Assembly (NCBI GenBank): GCA_964035545.1
Contig: OZ037772.1
Span: 7,114,889 to 7,178,888 of the forward strand
From: Bugula neritina
Taxonomy: Eukaryota; Animalia; Bryozoa
Direction of reading: 5' to 3'
DNA length: 64,000 nt
The stretch's first letter is position 1, and each line of letters begins with the position of its first letter. Below the pieces are notes generated by a model. The model searched no databases. It saw only the letters and a program-made list of their open reading frames with translations, and had not been told where the DNA came from. A program made the position numbers and the translations under genes. This document shows, piece after piece, positions 42,741-58,600 of the stretch.

Positions 42741-45700
42741 TCAGTTCTCCTTATACTGCACTTTAAACAGGCGCAGCTTCCGATCACTCCAACAAGGAAC
42801 AGCTAATATGCCATCTTGAAAACTGATCATTCCACTTATGTTTGGCAATTTGTCATGAACCAGTTTTTTGAACAAAGTACCTGTAAAATACAAAAAACAA
42901 TTTCTTCAGATTGTGTGGGCCAGTATTCTAAGCAGCTCCATATTTTTTACTCCAATTTTTCATTATACAAGCTTTTCCATGTTTTGGATTGCTGCAGGGA
43001 TTTTGTTTGATACTGTGGTATTTATATGTTGAGGAATGGAATCGAAGGTAAAGGTGGATTTTTTATTTTGCTTATATCAAAAAACTGTTATATAAAAGTG
43101 TTTCATGAACATACGTAGCAGCTCTGTAACATTTGCTATGAGTTATCTGAATGACTTCAAATTAGTATGAGAGAGTAAATTACCCTCAGGTGAGATGATG
43201 TAAACAGCTTTGACACCATCTGTTGTACCAACATAGATGAGACCATCAGGATCAGAGCAGACACTGTATCCATATGTTACATCTTCACATGTCCAGACTG
43301 TAGTCAGCTTTCCATTCTCTACTTTGTATCTTATCAGTTTACCTTTACCAACTCCTAGCAGATGACCATCCGGTAGAAAGTGTAGACCACGTGGATACAC
43401 ATGAGGATGAATAGTCTCTGTTTGTTTAGTGATGAAGTCATAGATGATCAGCTGATTAGTATCTGGATGAGTCACCACAACATATCTGTCAGAGACTGCC
43501 ATTACTGCTGCACCTTTACTTGTTCTATCAAACTGAAACAGTTGTTGTCTCTTTGTGATGTCACCAGCTAAACACATCTCGACTTTATCTATGTCACCTT
43601 CACTGTGTAGAATGAAGACATTCTGAGGAGTCTCAATCACTTCCGTTATTATCTTCTCACTTGTACTGTATTCACTCAGCTCATTACCATCTCTACTCAG
43701 TAACTGTATTCCATTATTAGTACCTATGAGTATGTCACCTTCTTGTCTGTGATTGGCTGAGTAACATGAATCATCTGTCTCATGTTCAGATATGAATGTC
43801 AGTGAAGAAGGAACTGTTATCATACTGATGTCCAGAAGTCTACTTGTGTCCTCACCTTCAATATATGATGTAAAACTGGTCATGTATGTGTATGTATGCA
43901 TCTGACAAGTCATTCTTATGCAAAATAATGTTGCAAGCTTATTTTAAATTTATTAAGTAGACTAGCAACTTTTACAAATAATAGTTTAACCAAGTTTTTA
44001 CAGCGAGCTTTTCAAATTATTATTCAACTTGAAAGCCGCCTACAGTTTTGGTATTTTCGACATTTATAAAAAATTTAAAATGTCACTGTGTCATTGTTAT
44101 ATTATATTGCGGTTTTATATTATCATTGTCATATAGTAGTAACTCAATTAAATTTTTAATAATCTGTATCCGCCTTTGGTTACATCGAAAAAGAAGATTT
44201 GGTTCATAAAAAGAAAATATTGCAGATGTTATGACTGCTAGTTTTCAGCAAAAGATTCTAACTCAGACGTTGACCAAAAATGAAACAATTGTATTCCATA
44301 TCACATGTGCTTATGCAGCAACAACACTTTACTATTATTGTACTCTATGTTTCAAAATATATTGTATACTCAAGTATTATTGAACACTAGTGTAATGAGC
44401 ACATTTTCATTGAGTGATATTGGTTTACTATCTAAAATTTTAGCAGATTACTCACACGGCACTTGAGTTGTTATTCTAACACATCTTTAAGATCGCCAAA
44501 CATGTTTTTTGCTTAAGTGAGCAGTTAAATAATTTGATAAGCTTTACTTGTATACACATGCAATTACAGCTAATAAATATCAAGTGCTTTGTTGAATATT
44601 CTTTGCATGTATAAGTTTTGCATTACGTTTTCTGAGCTGCAAACATTCTGAGCAATGACTATTTAACTTAATTGAGATCATTATTCAAAAATCTGCAGGT
44701 TATGTCATACACACTATATAGTGTATTCTAATGTTTTGAACTATTTCTGTTTAAATTAATCTTCAGACAACAACTTTGTAAATTTATTATATTATCTCAC
44801 GTATTGTAAGGTCTCCTTATAATAAACCACAAGTAACATATTATATTATATTGTAATTGTAAAGGTGTAATAGCCATTTCTTTGTATGCCTGTGCTTTCT
44901 CAGGATTTGTGGTTGGCAAAGATTATAGTTTTTGTTGCAGCCATTTTTATACTGAGATACCCTTAATCAAAAATATCACAAATAAAGTAATTGTAAATAG
45001 AGTGTCAGCTGCAGGAAACCAAAAGTCAGTAGAAATTTTTTTTTACTCGTTAATTTTGGTTGCATAAATTCCTGTAATTTAGATTCTTATATATTCCATA
45101 CACTAATATTTTAAACCATCTGAATTTATCATTTTTATCTGCATTTTTTTGCTGTTTACTTTTTCAAACATAGTTTATGCAGGTTTGTCGGCCTACTATA
45201 GATCTGAATGATTTAAATTACTTTAAACATATCTACAACAAAGAGCAGTGAAACAACTCTATATACAGCACACTGACACCTTCGGTCAGTGCAAATGAAA
45301 TTTTGTATAAAAAACAAGCAAAACATCATATTATTGTCTAATTTTGAAATAGTTGCAAGTCAATAAATAATTAAATCTTGCAGCTGCATCTGTCTTAACA
45401 GACGTTGATAACAGAAACTGAAACTATGCTGAGGTTAGCTAATCTTTCCCAGTCTACACAGAGTTTCTGAATTAACAAATATCAATTTTTATAACCATTT
45501 TCTCTAGTTTATTTAGTGAACTATTGTGCAAGTATCTGCCAGAATATGGAGGGGGAGAAATAAAATTTAATTCAATAACCATATAATTTATAATTTCATG
45601 ACTACATTAAAGCATTTTCAAACTAAGCGGATTTGCGCAGCATACCTCATATTAGTATTGGGAAAAAAGAACCTATATAATATATCCCAGAATGACACAA

Positions 45701-48578
45701 GAATAGTTTCATGTAATGACAGCTTACCTGTGTGTATCAGAGTTGGTGGATTAGCAAGTTCACAATCATCCAGTTTATCTGCCTCATGTTTGTCCAGCTC
45801 TTCTGCTATTCTCTTTTTCTGTCTAATCTTCTCAGTCACATGACCATCTTTTAGCAGACGAGTTAACTCAGCTTGAGTTTTTTTCAGCCCTTCTTCTCTT
45901 GTCATCAGCTTGGTGAAAAAACCTTCAACCTTAGCTGTCATTTTTTTCTTGTGGTTTCCAACTTTGTCTATCATCTCTTGACTCTCCTGCCTTATTCTTT
46001 GTATCTGCATAGAATTTATAATCAATTTTTTCACCATTTCTTGTCAGCTAATTTTTAAAACACTGAGCAAAGAACTTGATGTTGACAATAACCATGATAA
46101 TATTGTCTCTCAAATATATAAAGCATGAAGCTTCATATAGAAATTTGTAAATAGTGAATACAACCATATCTAATATGTCATGCAATCTGGTTAAATTTCT
46201 GGCATGTTTTTTTGAAAACTTGTTAAGTAAATTTCAACATTGCCTAATTTCATGAACGTTTTTTGCTTTGAGAAGGCTAATAATCTTATCATAATATGAT
46301 TTGCCATTAGGTAATTTTTTGTTATAAAGAGAACATTGATTTTATATTGAAATACTTCCAGAAAATAATTTCATAATTATATAGAATGACTGTACCCACC
46401 ATCTCATCTCTAACTCTTTCTATCTCTGCTGCCATGGCTCTACATTTCTCTTCCTGAAAATCCAACTCTCTCCACGCTTTCTTTTTCAGAGAATACACTT
46501 CATCTATCTTCTGTGAAACTTTCTCCTGTTTACCTCTGAGATATTCATTTACTTCCACTTTCAGAGATGTGAGAGACTTGAAGTCATGTTGACCTCCATC
46601 TACATTGTACATCAAAATCTTACCACAACATTCTTTATTCCTGACTGTATATGAAAAGCTATCATATACGCTATTTTTTGATAAAAGTACACGTTATAAG
46701 TGCACTTTTGAGATATGATGTTCAGCATAGCTTGGATAATATAAAGTATTAGGGTTGTATTGTACTCAAAACACTCTAAATAGTAAAGTAAGGTATGCCT
46801 TAACTGGAAAGAGTAAACAAAACAACTGACTTCCAAATTTATACATTTTTTTCAAGAACAAAGAAAAAACATTATAGAACAATCTTTTTGCCTTTTTGAA
46901 ATACTTATTTTTAATCTTAGCCATTTACAAAATAAAGAAGAAAAAATATGTTTCAAATTCCTTATTTTTAGAAGGCCAAAACTAGTGCTACTCAGAAAGT
47001 GTGAAGTGTTATAATGAATATCTCCATTGTGTTATCCACAAAATGCCAACTAAGCCTATATGGCACCACTAAACATACCAAGAACGCCTTCATGATGACA
47101 ATGACCAGAAGCCTTAGCTACTTTTAAAACTCTGGCAGAATTTTCTTGTGCATCATAGGAGATTTAATATGCTTTTAGTAAATGCTTGACTATTTCTAAG
47201 TACAGATATTACAGACATATTTTCTTATAATTCAACCACCTTTACCAGCTTTTTAAAAGTCATCATTATTAATTTATTAACATTCAATGTGAAGTAGTTA
47301 AGGTAACTGAAGAACTTCACATGTGTTATAGTCAGCTCAATGAATACAGCTGGTGATACTGTAAGAAGGAGCAATTAGCGCTCCAACTTCTAGGTATCTT
47401 AACAACTGATTATTAACAGGTAATCTACAATAATTAACTTTTCTCTAATAGTTGGTATAACTTATAAGTTACTACAATGTTACCTGTACAATCTTCTTCA
47501 TCAATCTCACACTCAAAGCAGATCATTTTATCACATTTCCTGCAAGCTCTCACCAGAACCTCTTTATGATGTTCACATGTTGGTTTGTTGAAGTTTGTTG
47601 GTGAGCTCTTGTAGATATCAATGTCCACTACTTTGTGAGAGTCTCCAAGAAATGTCTTATGGACCTGTAGTAGTTTTAATGAAAATCAATATAAAATAGC
47701 ATATTTACATTGGCAAAATTATCAAAGAATCACATTCATTCACGCAGATATATTATATACTTCAACATTTGTACTATATAACATATTATGGATTTCATTT
47801 ATTGATTTTGTCTATAAAGCAAATGGAACCATAACTATTAATATTGTAAATGAATCAACTTGGATCTACAGTAGTTGATGCATACCTGCTGATGCTGAGT
47901 ACAAAAAATAACTTCACACTTCACACAGTAGCATGTAGCTATTTGGCCTTGACATCCATTAGCTGTGCAGTACAGAGTACCAGAATCACCGGTTTCTATG
48001 GTAACCTTTGGTAGACATTCAATCTCTAGTGAGTCGTAAACTTTCCTGTAACATATTATTGAGCTAACTGTAAATATATCGAACAATTTTGTGAGCAGGA
48101 AACCTACATAACATTTTAGAAATAACAGCTCATACATTGGAAATTCACTTGTTGGCTTGAATTGTTTAAAATGGGAATTTCTGACAAGGTTATTTCAAAT
48201 TACTTATATAATTATACAACTCAATCAGGGACATCTGGGTGTAGTAATTGAAAACATTTCAATAGAGAATAACTATTTTAATACGCGCCTATCAGATACT
48301 TCTATATCATTTTCTTAACTACTGCATCTCTTGTCAGGAAATTCTAAAATTAGACTGCAATGTCTCATAACATCAGCTACGTAGAATATTCTATAGATTT
48401 TACTTTATACTCACCTACAAATAGGGCAGGTCACAGATCTATTTTTACTGTAATGTCCTTGAATACAACCCAAACAGAACACATGCTGACAAGGCAGCTC
48501 TCTTGGATCTCTCATATCATCTCTCTTAGAGACGCAATAACCACACTCATACCATTCTGGTAGTTGTTGGGCAGCCAT
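42741..48578 (-). CDS. TRIM-like E3 ligase paralogue 3 (~597 aa); exons 48578-48415, 48045-47886, 47664-47484, 46599-46400, 46004-45728, 43855-43184, 42880-42741
   Basis: Internal exon sizes (160/181/200/277/672) and phases are the same as in copy 2. Canonical RING ending in CPIC; 1794-nt open frame. Confidence 0.9.
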
Positions 48579-49299
48579 CTTGATTGTTCTCTGAACTATA
48601 ATAACAAAACACTCATACTATTTCAAACAGCCTGCATGCTCTTATGCTGTTATCATTATGTAAATTTCATAAACAGAAAAGCCATATTAATTTAAACTGT
48701 ATTGTTTTTTATACTATTTCAAGTCACTAAAATGTGACTCAAACTATTAATAACTATAAGAAAATCTAAAAACTCACTTTTCCAGATTTCAAATTAAAGT
48801 TGCAGTAGGTAGTACATATTGCCAGAGATAATTGATATCAGAGTGGCAACTTTACTGCATGGGGACATCATTATGCGGCGTTTTGTGTCGCAAGTTTATA
48901 TAAGTTCTGAAGAAAATTTTGCATGTGTGTGCGTGTGTGCGTGCATGTACGTGTGTGTGTGTGCGCATGTGCGAGTATGTGTTATATTTGTTGACAGGGC
49001 TTGGTAATTTTATCTGCGTTAACCTAATAATTTTGCATATTTTGTACTTCTTGTTGTTTGAAAATATATTTCTTAATAATAAGCATTCATTAAAGATATT
49101 GTCTATTTTTAAGGAATTAATGTTTTTTGTCCCACATAACTCCATGGAAATTAGAATATTATTCCAGATATTTCATTTTAGCTGTTCTAGCTATTAGCAT
49201 ATTGGCTGTTATTAACAATCAATACAACAGTTATATAGGCATACATAGGCATATTATTATATATGGTACCATAATAAAAAATAGCCTCGATTTGAGAAG

Positions 49300-50030
49300 C
49301 ATTTATCTGGGGTGAAACCGTAATCATACAAAGTATTTTAATGCAAGCATTGCATCAAATAAACTTGGATCACAGTTGTGTGCTGCACTTCCGGGATTTC
49401 ATGCTTTCACAGGTTGTTATTTGACTAGTGCTTTTTTCTAGAAAAGAAAAGCGCACAGCCTTCTCTCTTTTAAAAAAATATCCAGAATGTATTGGAAGCT
49501 TTGAACAGCTTATAAAGTATTTTAAGCTACCAGCCATTGCAGCGGCTCAAGTACAAGGATTTGCCTGTAAACTTTATGGAGCCGAGGCAGGAATTTCGAA
49601 TATAGATGGTGTCCCATGTACTGTATTTTGTTCACCATCTAAAATAACTCAATACAGTTTGCCCCCAACAAAAGATGAATTCAATTTGCACATAAAAGGA
49701 GCAAATTGTAAGGCAGCCATTTGGAGAAGGTCAACAACAGCCTATATTGATGAACCACCCCAGAACATAATAGTGGATTGTTGAAAATGGCAGCATAAGT
49801 ACAAAGTGAATGATTCGAGCGCCGGCACCTGAACATGTATTGAAGAGCACATACTGCTCCTGTAAGACCAGCTGCAACACATCAAGATGTGGATGTGAGA
49901 AGTCTCAAATGCAGTGCACTGAAGTTTGTCAAAGTGAGGATTGTCTGAAAATAAGCGCAATTGTGGAAGAAAAAGCTGATGAAACTGACCACAGTGACAA
50001 TTATGATGAGAATACTTTTTCATGGCAAAG
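49300..50030 (+). mobile_element. Academ-like DNA transposon remnant (XPG-like region plus Cys-rich finger)
   Basis: ALPGFHAFTGC..TSAF...K, LPPT.D.F.LH...AN...AIW, and C.CK..C....C.C.K....CT..C...C across frameshifts. Confidence 0.7.
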
Positions 50031-53000
50031 TGATTATTTTATACATGTGTTATATATTTTGCTGCAAACAATTTGATTTTGATCATCTCTCATGTTTCTG
50101 TTTATTTAAATAATTTTACAAGATCTTGTTGATTTTTTGGTGATGTTTAACAGCTACTGACAGACCAGCAAATAATTAACATAGGCTGTGCTCAGAAAAT
50201 TTCAATATTTATTCATTCAACAATTTATTTTAGGCGGTAACTTTTCGAAATTTACTTTTCACACATCAGCATAAATTCTGCTGCGGATGCTTGCAGATTA
50301 ACAAAGAATCTTTTGTTCCGAAAATCGAAGTGCCGACTTTTGGCAAAATGGAATTGGGTAAATAAAGACAACTCTCACAAAAAACTATTCACTACACTTA
50401 AAGCTTTAACAATAGTCACAATACCTAAGGCATTAAAAAGATACCCCAAGCTTAGCTATAATTGAAAGCATTCAAAGCTAAGCGAAAAGCTCAGTTATTA
50501 TTACAGTATTCAAAACGATATGCAATAAGTAATTATAATACTGAAGCACATAATTACTAGAATTTTCCAGAACATCAAGCGACGACTCTCAAAATCTATT
50601 ACATTCTAATTATTTTTGTTATCGAAAAGAAGGGCGCTTTTCGATAACAAAAATATTTGGTTTACACAAAACAAGACAACATAAAACACACAAAAGTGGA
50701 GAAATATGTAGTTAAACAGAAGAGTACATCATGATTATTCAACTAAACAGACGTGTTACAATAATATAAACAATGGTAGTAGCACACACAATAAATACAG
50801 ACTGGGTGGCTAATACCGGCAGCGCCTAGCTGTCTGGTTTAGTCATTGGAGGTAGTGCACCAGGCTTCCTATCTCTTCTGTACATTGGTCAAGGAGACGG
50901 GACCAGGCCTTGATCGCACTGTTTAAAGCGCTCTCTCGGTAAGGAGGTGTCCTACTCTGCCGGTGACGGGACAACTGTGGGAGGGCCGGCCAAGTCGTCT
51001 CTTCTATCTGGCTGCTTGGTAGTCTGGGATCATTGCCTAGCCGTGCCAATGCAACCTTTCGAAGCTGGGTGATGGTTGGTTTGGTAGTGGTTGTGGTAGT
51101 ACCATATCTGACCAGCTAGTCAGGTAACATGGCCGTGGCTTCATTTTCCTTTTCCTGAGTGGAGTCTAAGCAGTTCATGAGGATGGGGTATTGCCGCCTA
51201 CCTCGACCAACACGACCCAAAAATGGGTGACTGTTGGCCAGGTGACTATGCCTGTCTGAGGGTTGTTGCTTTTGGAATCGTCGTGTACTGTCAGAGCTAT
51301 TTTGCATCCGAGGCTAGAATTTTTTACCTGTAAAGAGTGTACCACTCCTTTGTGAGGACATCTCCATGTGTCCAACATAGTAGTGGGCCAAACAGATGAT
51401 AGACGGCCCTCTCCCCTAACTGCGCCTCAACATAAAGGCGAGTGGGCCCAGTCCCGCTTTTCAATGTGCAGGCATTGCTTGTAGTCCTCCACCAGCTGAT
51501 GGCTTATGTCGTCGGCATTCCTGTGCTTTCGGCCAACACGATGCTCTATCTGGTAGGATAACTCAGCAAAAATCTCGAGCCACTGAGCCACCTGGCTCGA
51601 GGGCTCAGAACATGTACACAGTCATAACAGTGATGCATGTACTGTTCGTAACCTGAACGCTCTTCCATATACATTTGACCAAAAGTGCTTGACCACCTTG
51701 ACTACTGCTAGGAGCTCCTTCCTAGTAGTGCAGCAATTCTTCTCGGCGGCCGAGAAGTTATTGCTGTAATAAGCCACCACAACCTCACTTCTACCTTGGA
51801 CTTGAGACAGAACAGCTCCCTCGCTGTGGTCGTTGGCGTCGGTGTCCAGGATGTACTCTTTAGATGAATAAGGATACGCCAGAACTGACTTTTTTAATTT
51901 TTTTTTTACCTACTTATATTATAGCCAGTATTTACACTGAATTTTGTAACGTGTTGTCATGTTTGTAATATGCAATAAATCAGTCAGAATTGGCACCTCC
52001 ATTAGTCAATGCTTGAGGTGGCCGAATGCCTGCAGCTCTTCCTGTGTCCAGTGCCACCGGACTCTCTTGACAGTTAGCCGGTTTAAAGATTAAGCCACCC
52101 TTGCAAACCCAGGTATGTGCTGCCGGTAGTACCCTACCATGTCCTAGAATGCCCGCAACTCAGAGAGTTTCCGAGGAACAGTCCACTCCTTCTCAGCTTG
52201 CACCTTCTCCGGGTCGGTAGCGACCCTGTCACAGCCAACTACAAGGCCCAGATACGTGACTTCCGGCTGCAGGAGCGCACACTTGGAAGGCTTCAACTTC
52301 AGTCCAGCCGCCCGGAGACGACGACTGACATGAGTCGTAGAATCTGGGGAGATAACAATGACGTCATACAGATAGATTCAGAGGGTCTTCCAGTGTAATC
52401 CACTGAGAACCTGTTCCATGAGCCGCTGGAAAGTTGCCGGGGCGGACATAAGCTCGGATGGAAGTACTTCTCATTTCCAGAGCCCGTCGCGGGGAATGAA
52501 TACTACTTTGTCCTGGGCATCAGGACTGAGGGGCACTTGCCACTACCCGCTAAGCAGATCCAAAGCACTGAAATACTTGCTACTCGCGAGGGCATCCAGA
52601 GACTTATTTATCTGTGGGAGAGAGTAGGCGTCCTGGATGGTAACACTGTTGAGTCTGAGGTAGTCCACACAGAACCTCCAGCTGCCATTCTTCTTCTTGA
52701 TCAGGACTACTGAAGAGCCCCACGCACCGTGGGCAGGTTCAATCAAATCCTGGTCAAGAAGATCCTGTAACTGTCAGTTCACCTCCTTCTCCAGGCCTAG
52801 ACGTCAGGTTGGCTGCATGATCGGGAGATAACCGTAATCAGCCCATGTCTCCATCGCAGCGACTGAAGACATTACCGTACTCCATGAGTAGTTGAGCCAG
52901 TACTTGGCGTTCAGTACAACTCGCACAGTTGTCACACTTATACAGGTCTGCCAAGTGCTCCGGGACTGCTTCTCGACTGGCTCGAGGGGGTTTTCCATGG

Positions 53001-54904
53001 GTGTCGGCCGCTGTTTCCGGTGCCGGCCCCACATTTGCTTCTCCACCAGCGCTCCAGCCAATAATCGGATAGGCTTCTTGAAGGGGTTTATACACTCAAC
53101 GAGGAGCTCTCTCCAACAGTTTAGCTAATTCAGGCTTTTTGCCTGTCGGATTGCTTCGTGTGTTCCCTCAACTACTCCCAGACCGGCAATCTTTTTGCAG
53201 CTGACACTGCAGCAAAGAGTTGCCTGGGACCTCTCCAAAACCGTGCAGTCCCACACTACCTGGACTCTGCTCACCAAGGGCCTGCCAAACTTGTCAACAC
53301 AGACAAGTTCCATCTCAACCATCACCACCGCCATGTGACATTGGTGTTTCTCTAGAAATGGCATCCCCAAGATGGTGTCCCCCTTCAGCTGGCTGAGTGT
53401 GAACGCCTCGAGAATCACCTGATCATGGACACCTCCAGGTAATGTGATGATGCTGTAGAAAGGTATACATGATTCGCTCGCCAATGTACCATGTGCACCT
53501 TCGTATGGCTCGAGGCTCGCTCACTCTCGGGCGCCAAGAGTGTCAAAGAGACGCCTACTCAGCAGATCTGTAGTGCACCCAGTGTCCAGTAGGAATGTGG
53601 CAGCTTTATCCAAAAGTTTTTCTGGGCAGGAAATAGCTGCTTTCATGTGGCTGGGTGCTCCTGAAGCAGTTAGTCTCTGGGGAAGACACAACTTGGGTCC
53701 GCACAGCAGGCCTCTTCTTTATCTTAGAGACAACAGTGGTTTTCTGAGGTTGGGAGTGTAGCTTGGGATGCTCTTGCGAGTAAGCTGAATCCTCCTCAAC
53801 AACATCTTCAGGCAACCGCGCAAACCGGTTACGGAGTGGCCAAGCCGGGGGATTGGGTAGACTTTCTGGCCTTTGAAGTATCCAATGTGCCTGCTACTCA
53901 GTATCAGCAGACTTCATAGAGGCCCTTCTGGTTGTCCTCTGCTCCCTCTCCTGAATGGGGTTGGTTTGGGGCCCACGGTTAGTGGAAGTTACCGTGAGCC
54001 TCAGTGGTTTAAAAACAGTCGTCCTCTCTTGGGGCAGTGCCTTCTCACATGTCCTAACGCACCACATTCCCAGCAGGTGAGTTGCGAGAGGCAGACAGGT
54101 TCCTTCTGCGATAGAGGAGCCCGCCTGTCAGTCTGGTCGCGTTGCAGCTCAGTCACCGTAGCCCGCAAGGCCTTCACCATGTTCATCAACATGGTGAGCT
54201 GTGCTTGCTCTGGCGACTTTGTAGCTGCTGCCACCTGTAAGGTAGAGAGTGTGGTGGTCTTCTCTTCTTTCTCGGCCACCTGGTGGGCAGCAAAGTCCGC
54301 CCCATGAGGCTCATCAACCTGAAAATGAGGCTTGCCCATCTTCAAGGCCATCTCAATGCTGCTCACCTTGGTTATTAATGGTTCGAAAGGATGCATTATA
54401 TACCAAGCGTCTCTTCTCATCTTCTTTGGCCTGACTTAAAGCGGTCTGGGCCAATCTCTCAATAGCATTGGCATAATCTTCTAAGGGCATCCTCCTATCC
54501 CTTCTGAGCATTTGCAACTTGACTGTGGTTTCTTGGGCTGTCAGACCGAAACGACTTTGGATTACCCGCATGACGTTGGTTTCATCGGGCCCAAGAGCAA
54601 AGCTCCTGGCCCAGCCTGTCAAACAGGCCGGGAGTTGGAAGACACGCACTGGTGCTGGCCATTCAGCAATGGTGGCCACATTCTCGAGTTTCTTGATGAA
54701 TTGCTCCACATCGCTGTTCCCTCCAAAAGTCGAAGGCTCGAGGGAGTACCTGTCACAAGGTAGGGCCTAACCAGCCTCTTGAACTTCTCGGAGGGTCGTC
54801 ACCAGAGTCTCCAATGTGAGGGCTTGTCCTCCTGGAATTTCAAGTGCTGATCCTCTCTCTCCCCCTTCAGCTATTTTGTTCTTCTCTCCAGTTAACTATT
54901 TGGT

Positions 54905-54922
54905 ATCCCACTGCTGCCATCA
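54905..54922 (-). promoter_or_regulatory. Primer-binding site of Gypsy remnant 3 (tRNA-Leu-like)
   Basis: TGATGGCAGCAGTGGGAT lies 1 nt after the LTR end ...CTACA; 16/18 match to the complement of the tRNA-Leu 3' end (TGGTGGCAGCGGTGGGAT). Confidence 0.7.
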
Positions 54923-55644
54923 ATGTAGTAGCTTGTTGATCAAATGTAATTGAGTGTGGAACATAACTCTAATATGAGAAGAACAAGAAGAGTTGTAGTT
55001 GCCAAGAGTATCAATCTTCATTGTGTAGTGGATGTTTTAATAGGTCGTCTGTATCAGGCAAGCTCCAGTAGTAGGCTGAATCTACACTGCGAGCTCACAG
55101 GTTAGAGAAATGGTTGTTTCAGTAGCTTTTTGGCAGCTTTCCAAAAACCATTGTGTAACGAAAGCTATTTGTGAAAGCTTTCGCAATAGCTATTTACTGA
55201 CAGTTTTTGGTTGATGAGTCAGTGTAGCTCAGTTTTCCTCCTGCTAAAGATGCAGGCAATCTATACTTAATTGTCAAAATAATTGTGAGTATCAAGTATT
55301 ATATTATCTTTTGTTTTGAACTTCATTAACTAAATGTTTTGTCAGCTATGTAATTAATGTTAAGTTAACAACATGTTTGTAATTTTCATGGTTATAGGTT
55401 ACAGTAAAGTAAAGTAAAGTAAAGTAAAGTAAAGTAAAATACGAGTAAAGTATGAATTCAAATGTGAGTCTGAGTTCAAATATACTGTTGGCAATAGACA
55501 AAAAATAGAGTTGTGACCTGCATCTGTGTCCTCCATCCATCTCCCTTCATTAAGTGAATTACAATACATGGGCATCCGTGCCAAACAGCATCCGTGCTGA
55601 CACAGTAACAGTTATTCTGAAAGATAGTAGTCTACCCACTCAAC

Positions 55645-58600
55645 ATGGAGGACAAAGAGGAAATTGTCCAACTGAAGTTACAAAGATCGAAGTTGAAGAC
55701 CAGGATAACTTCATTGAGCAAACAGCTAAGTACTAATTCCAACTCCAGTGACTTAGAACTTTTTCAGCAGCTATATAGACAGTTAAATGAAGCTTACTCA
55801 GAGTTTAATGACGTTCACGCAATTTATTGCGAACTAGTTGAGGCAGATGATAAATATGAAGAGTACAGAGTTGCCTCCTCTCTAGACTTAAATGCTTATT
55901 ATGATGTGGTGAAACAAACATATAATGAAGCTGTTGCCGCTTTTAATGGAGTTAAGTTACAGTCAGTAGAGTATGACATAGAGTTTGCATGCATGTCTGC
56001 TAAGCAAATGTTACATAAGTCAAGTAATTGTGATAATTTAAATGAACATATTATTTTATGTAAAGAATTGTCTAAGAAATATTATGATATAGCTAGGAAA
56101 TTTCATGTAGATCTAGAAAATGTAATATCAGAGATGCAAACCTCATCTCAAGCGCAAGTTAACATTTCACATTTGCCTGTTAGTCGCAATAGTAGTTCAA
56201 CTGTTTTGTCTGGCACCGATATCGAGCATGCGGCGCAGGATCGGCTGGGGCGAGGCGGTGTTCGTGATGTAGCCGGCGTTTCATTCAGTGGGGCTTTGCA
56301 ACTTGAACCAACACTAACTGATGACAACTTGAATAAATATCCTGTAAATAAAGATGAGCAAGTAGATTATTCTTATTTAGCAAACAATAGCGCAAGCAAA
56401 CTCCAGTCTCAGCGTTATGCAATTTCATCTAGAGATCTTACCAGCAAACGATTCTCTATTGTTTCAGCGTATGCAGGGTACGAACCTCCACCCATTAACC
56501 TTTCATTGAGTAAGTCACAGCGCGAAAGCAATGAGCCTGTTAATCGTGAAAATGTTTGTAATTCTAAATTTAAGAAGTACCCCCCACCTACATTCAGTGG
56601 CATACGCCGAGAATGGCCCGAATTTCGCACAGTCTGGAGGCGTTATGCGGCTTTAGAGTTTCAAACAGAAGAGGAAAGAGCAGCAACTCTTAGAAGCAGT
56701 CTTAGTGGTGCAGCATTTGACTGCATAAAATCCATATTTTCACACCAGCCTAATGCTTATGAGCGACAATGGGATAAGCTAGAGAGAAAGTACAGTGATG
56801 TGAGCTTGTGTGTGCAGAGTGTACACAGGATAGTTAAGGGCAACCTTTTAGCTGCAACTGCCTTGCTGAGGTTTGCATTGTAATCATATAAGAATTCAGT
56901 ACCAGTAAAATAAAATCTCACCTAATTGTGCTAGAGTCAAAATTTAAAAACTATGTTGTAGATCTCTTTTTTCTCCAGTGTAACTTTTTTGGAAATTTCA
57001 ATTTTCATTTTTTTTGCGAAGTTATAGACAAAAAACTGCCGAATTTTGGCCAATTTTGCCTGAAAAGCTGACTTTTCAGTACCAGTAAAATATCTCAGCA
57101 GCAAAGCATGATATCTGAATAAAAATTGCACTGCTGGAATCCTGAGATATTTCTCCAGTGTAAGTTTTTTTCTTTTTTCAATAACTTTGCTAGATTGCTC
57201 ATAAATTGGTGATTTATACACTGAAAATGCCATATTTTCTCATAAGAAACTAGTAGCGCGCAGCACTTCACGCTTCACTGAGCACGTAGGGATGAGAAGA
57301 TATTGGCGCCTACATAATAATTACAGGCTAGCTAGCTGGCAGGCTATAATGAATAGCTTGCTTTGTACTTTGCTTATGTAGCACCAATAATGGAATGTTG
57401 ATAGATAACGCAGCCCTAACGAAGGTTGCTGCTTATTGGTTGTAGTTTAATCTTAGGCTAATCAATTACAAGTAGGCAACACGCATGCCACCCGCAGAGC
57501 AATATTATTCAAGAACCCGAACTACATTTTGTGAGAAATTTATGATATTCTTAGTGAGGATGCCCTTAACTATCCTGTGTATATGATGAGTTAAGCAGAT
57601 TAAAACCAGTGTTGAGCGAGGACCACAGGGCGCTAGTTCAGTTTGTTGATGAGATAGAGCAATGCTACAGCCAACTTGCAGAAATTGGTCAGACGTCTGC
57701 CATCACAATGTCACATATTGACGAACTGGTTGATAAGCTACCGAATTCTATCAAAGAGTAATGGTGTGAGATATATGAAAGCTTGAGTGTTGAGTGCAAA
57801 GTTCACCCGTTGCCAAGTTTCATGGGATTCATGGAAGACCGCAGACGAACAGTATCACGGTTAGCTGAACGTCAGATATATATCAATGAAAACAAGACCT
57901 ATGTAGTAAAACAGAATAAAACCCATGCAAAAACGTTGACTTTTTATACAAAATCTCAAAGCGATGACCAAAAGTGCTTAATTCATATTAATGCTAAGCA
58001 TTCAACTGAAGAATGTAGAGTGTTTCAGGGCATGTCAATAGATGATAGATTTAAGTTAATGAAAACCAACAAAGCTTGTTTTAGATGTTTTGGTGCTCAT
58101 AGACGGAAAGATTGCAAATCGAAAAACAGCTGCAGTAATTGTAATGACAATTACCATCATTTATTGCTATGTAACAGACAGAAAGATCATGCTAAAGTAG
58201 GAAATGCATGCCATAAAGCTGTGGGAAAAATTGTCAACAATCATCTGGTACAACCTACTGTAGAGGAGATTATTTTTCCCGTTCAAGAGGTTCCTGTAGA
58301 AGGGCTTAGTGCCACAGCACTACTCATGTACGACAGTGGTTCTAATTCATCGTACATCAGTTTTGATGCAGCCCAGCGAGTACAAGCAAAGCCAGTGAAA
58401 AGTGATATTTCACTAAACATTGCAGTGTTAGGGGGCAAAACTAAGGGTCTCAAAACGAAGCTATATGAAGTAAAGCTGATCAATCAGGAAGGTAAAACAG
58501 AAAGAGTGACTGCTTATGGCATTGACAACATAACAAGTCCTGTAAAGATACCAAACAACACTAAGATAGCCAAGATCTTCCCTGACATCGACCTACGACT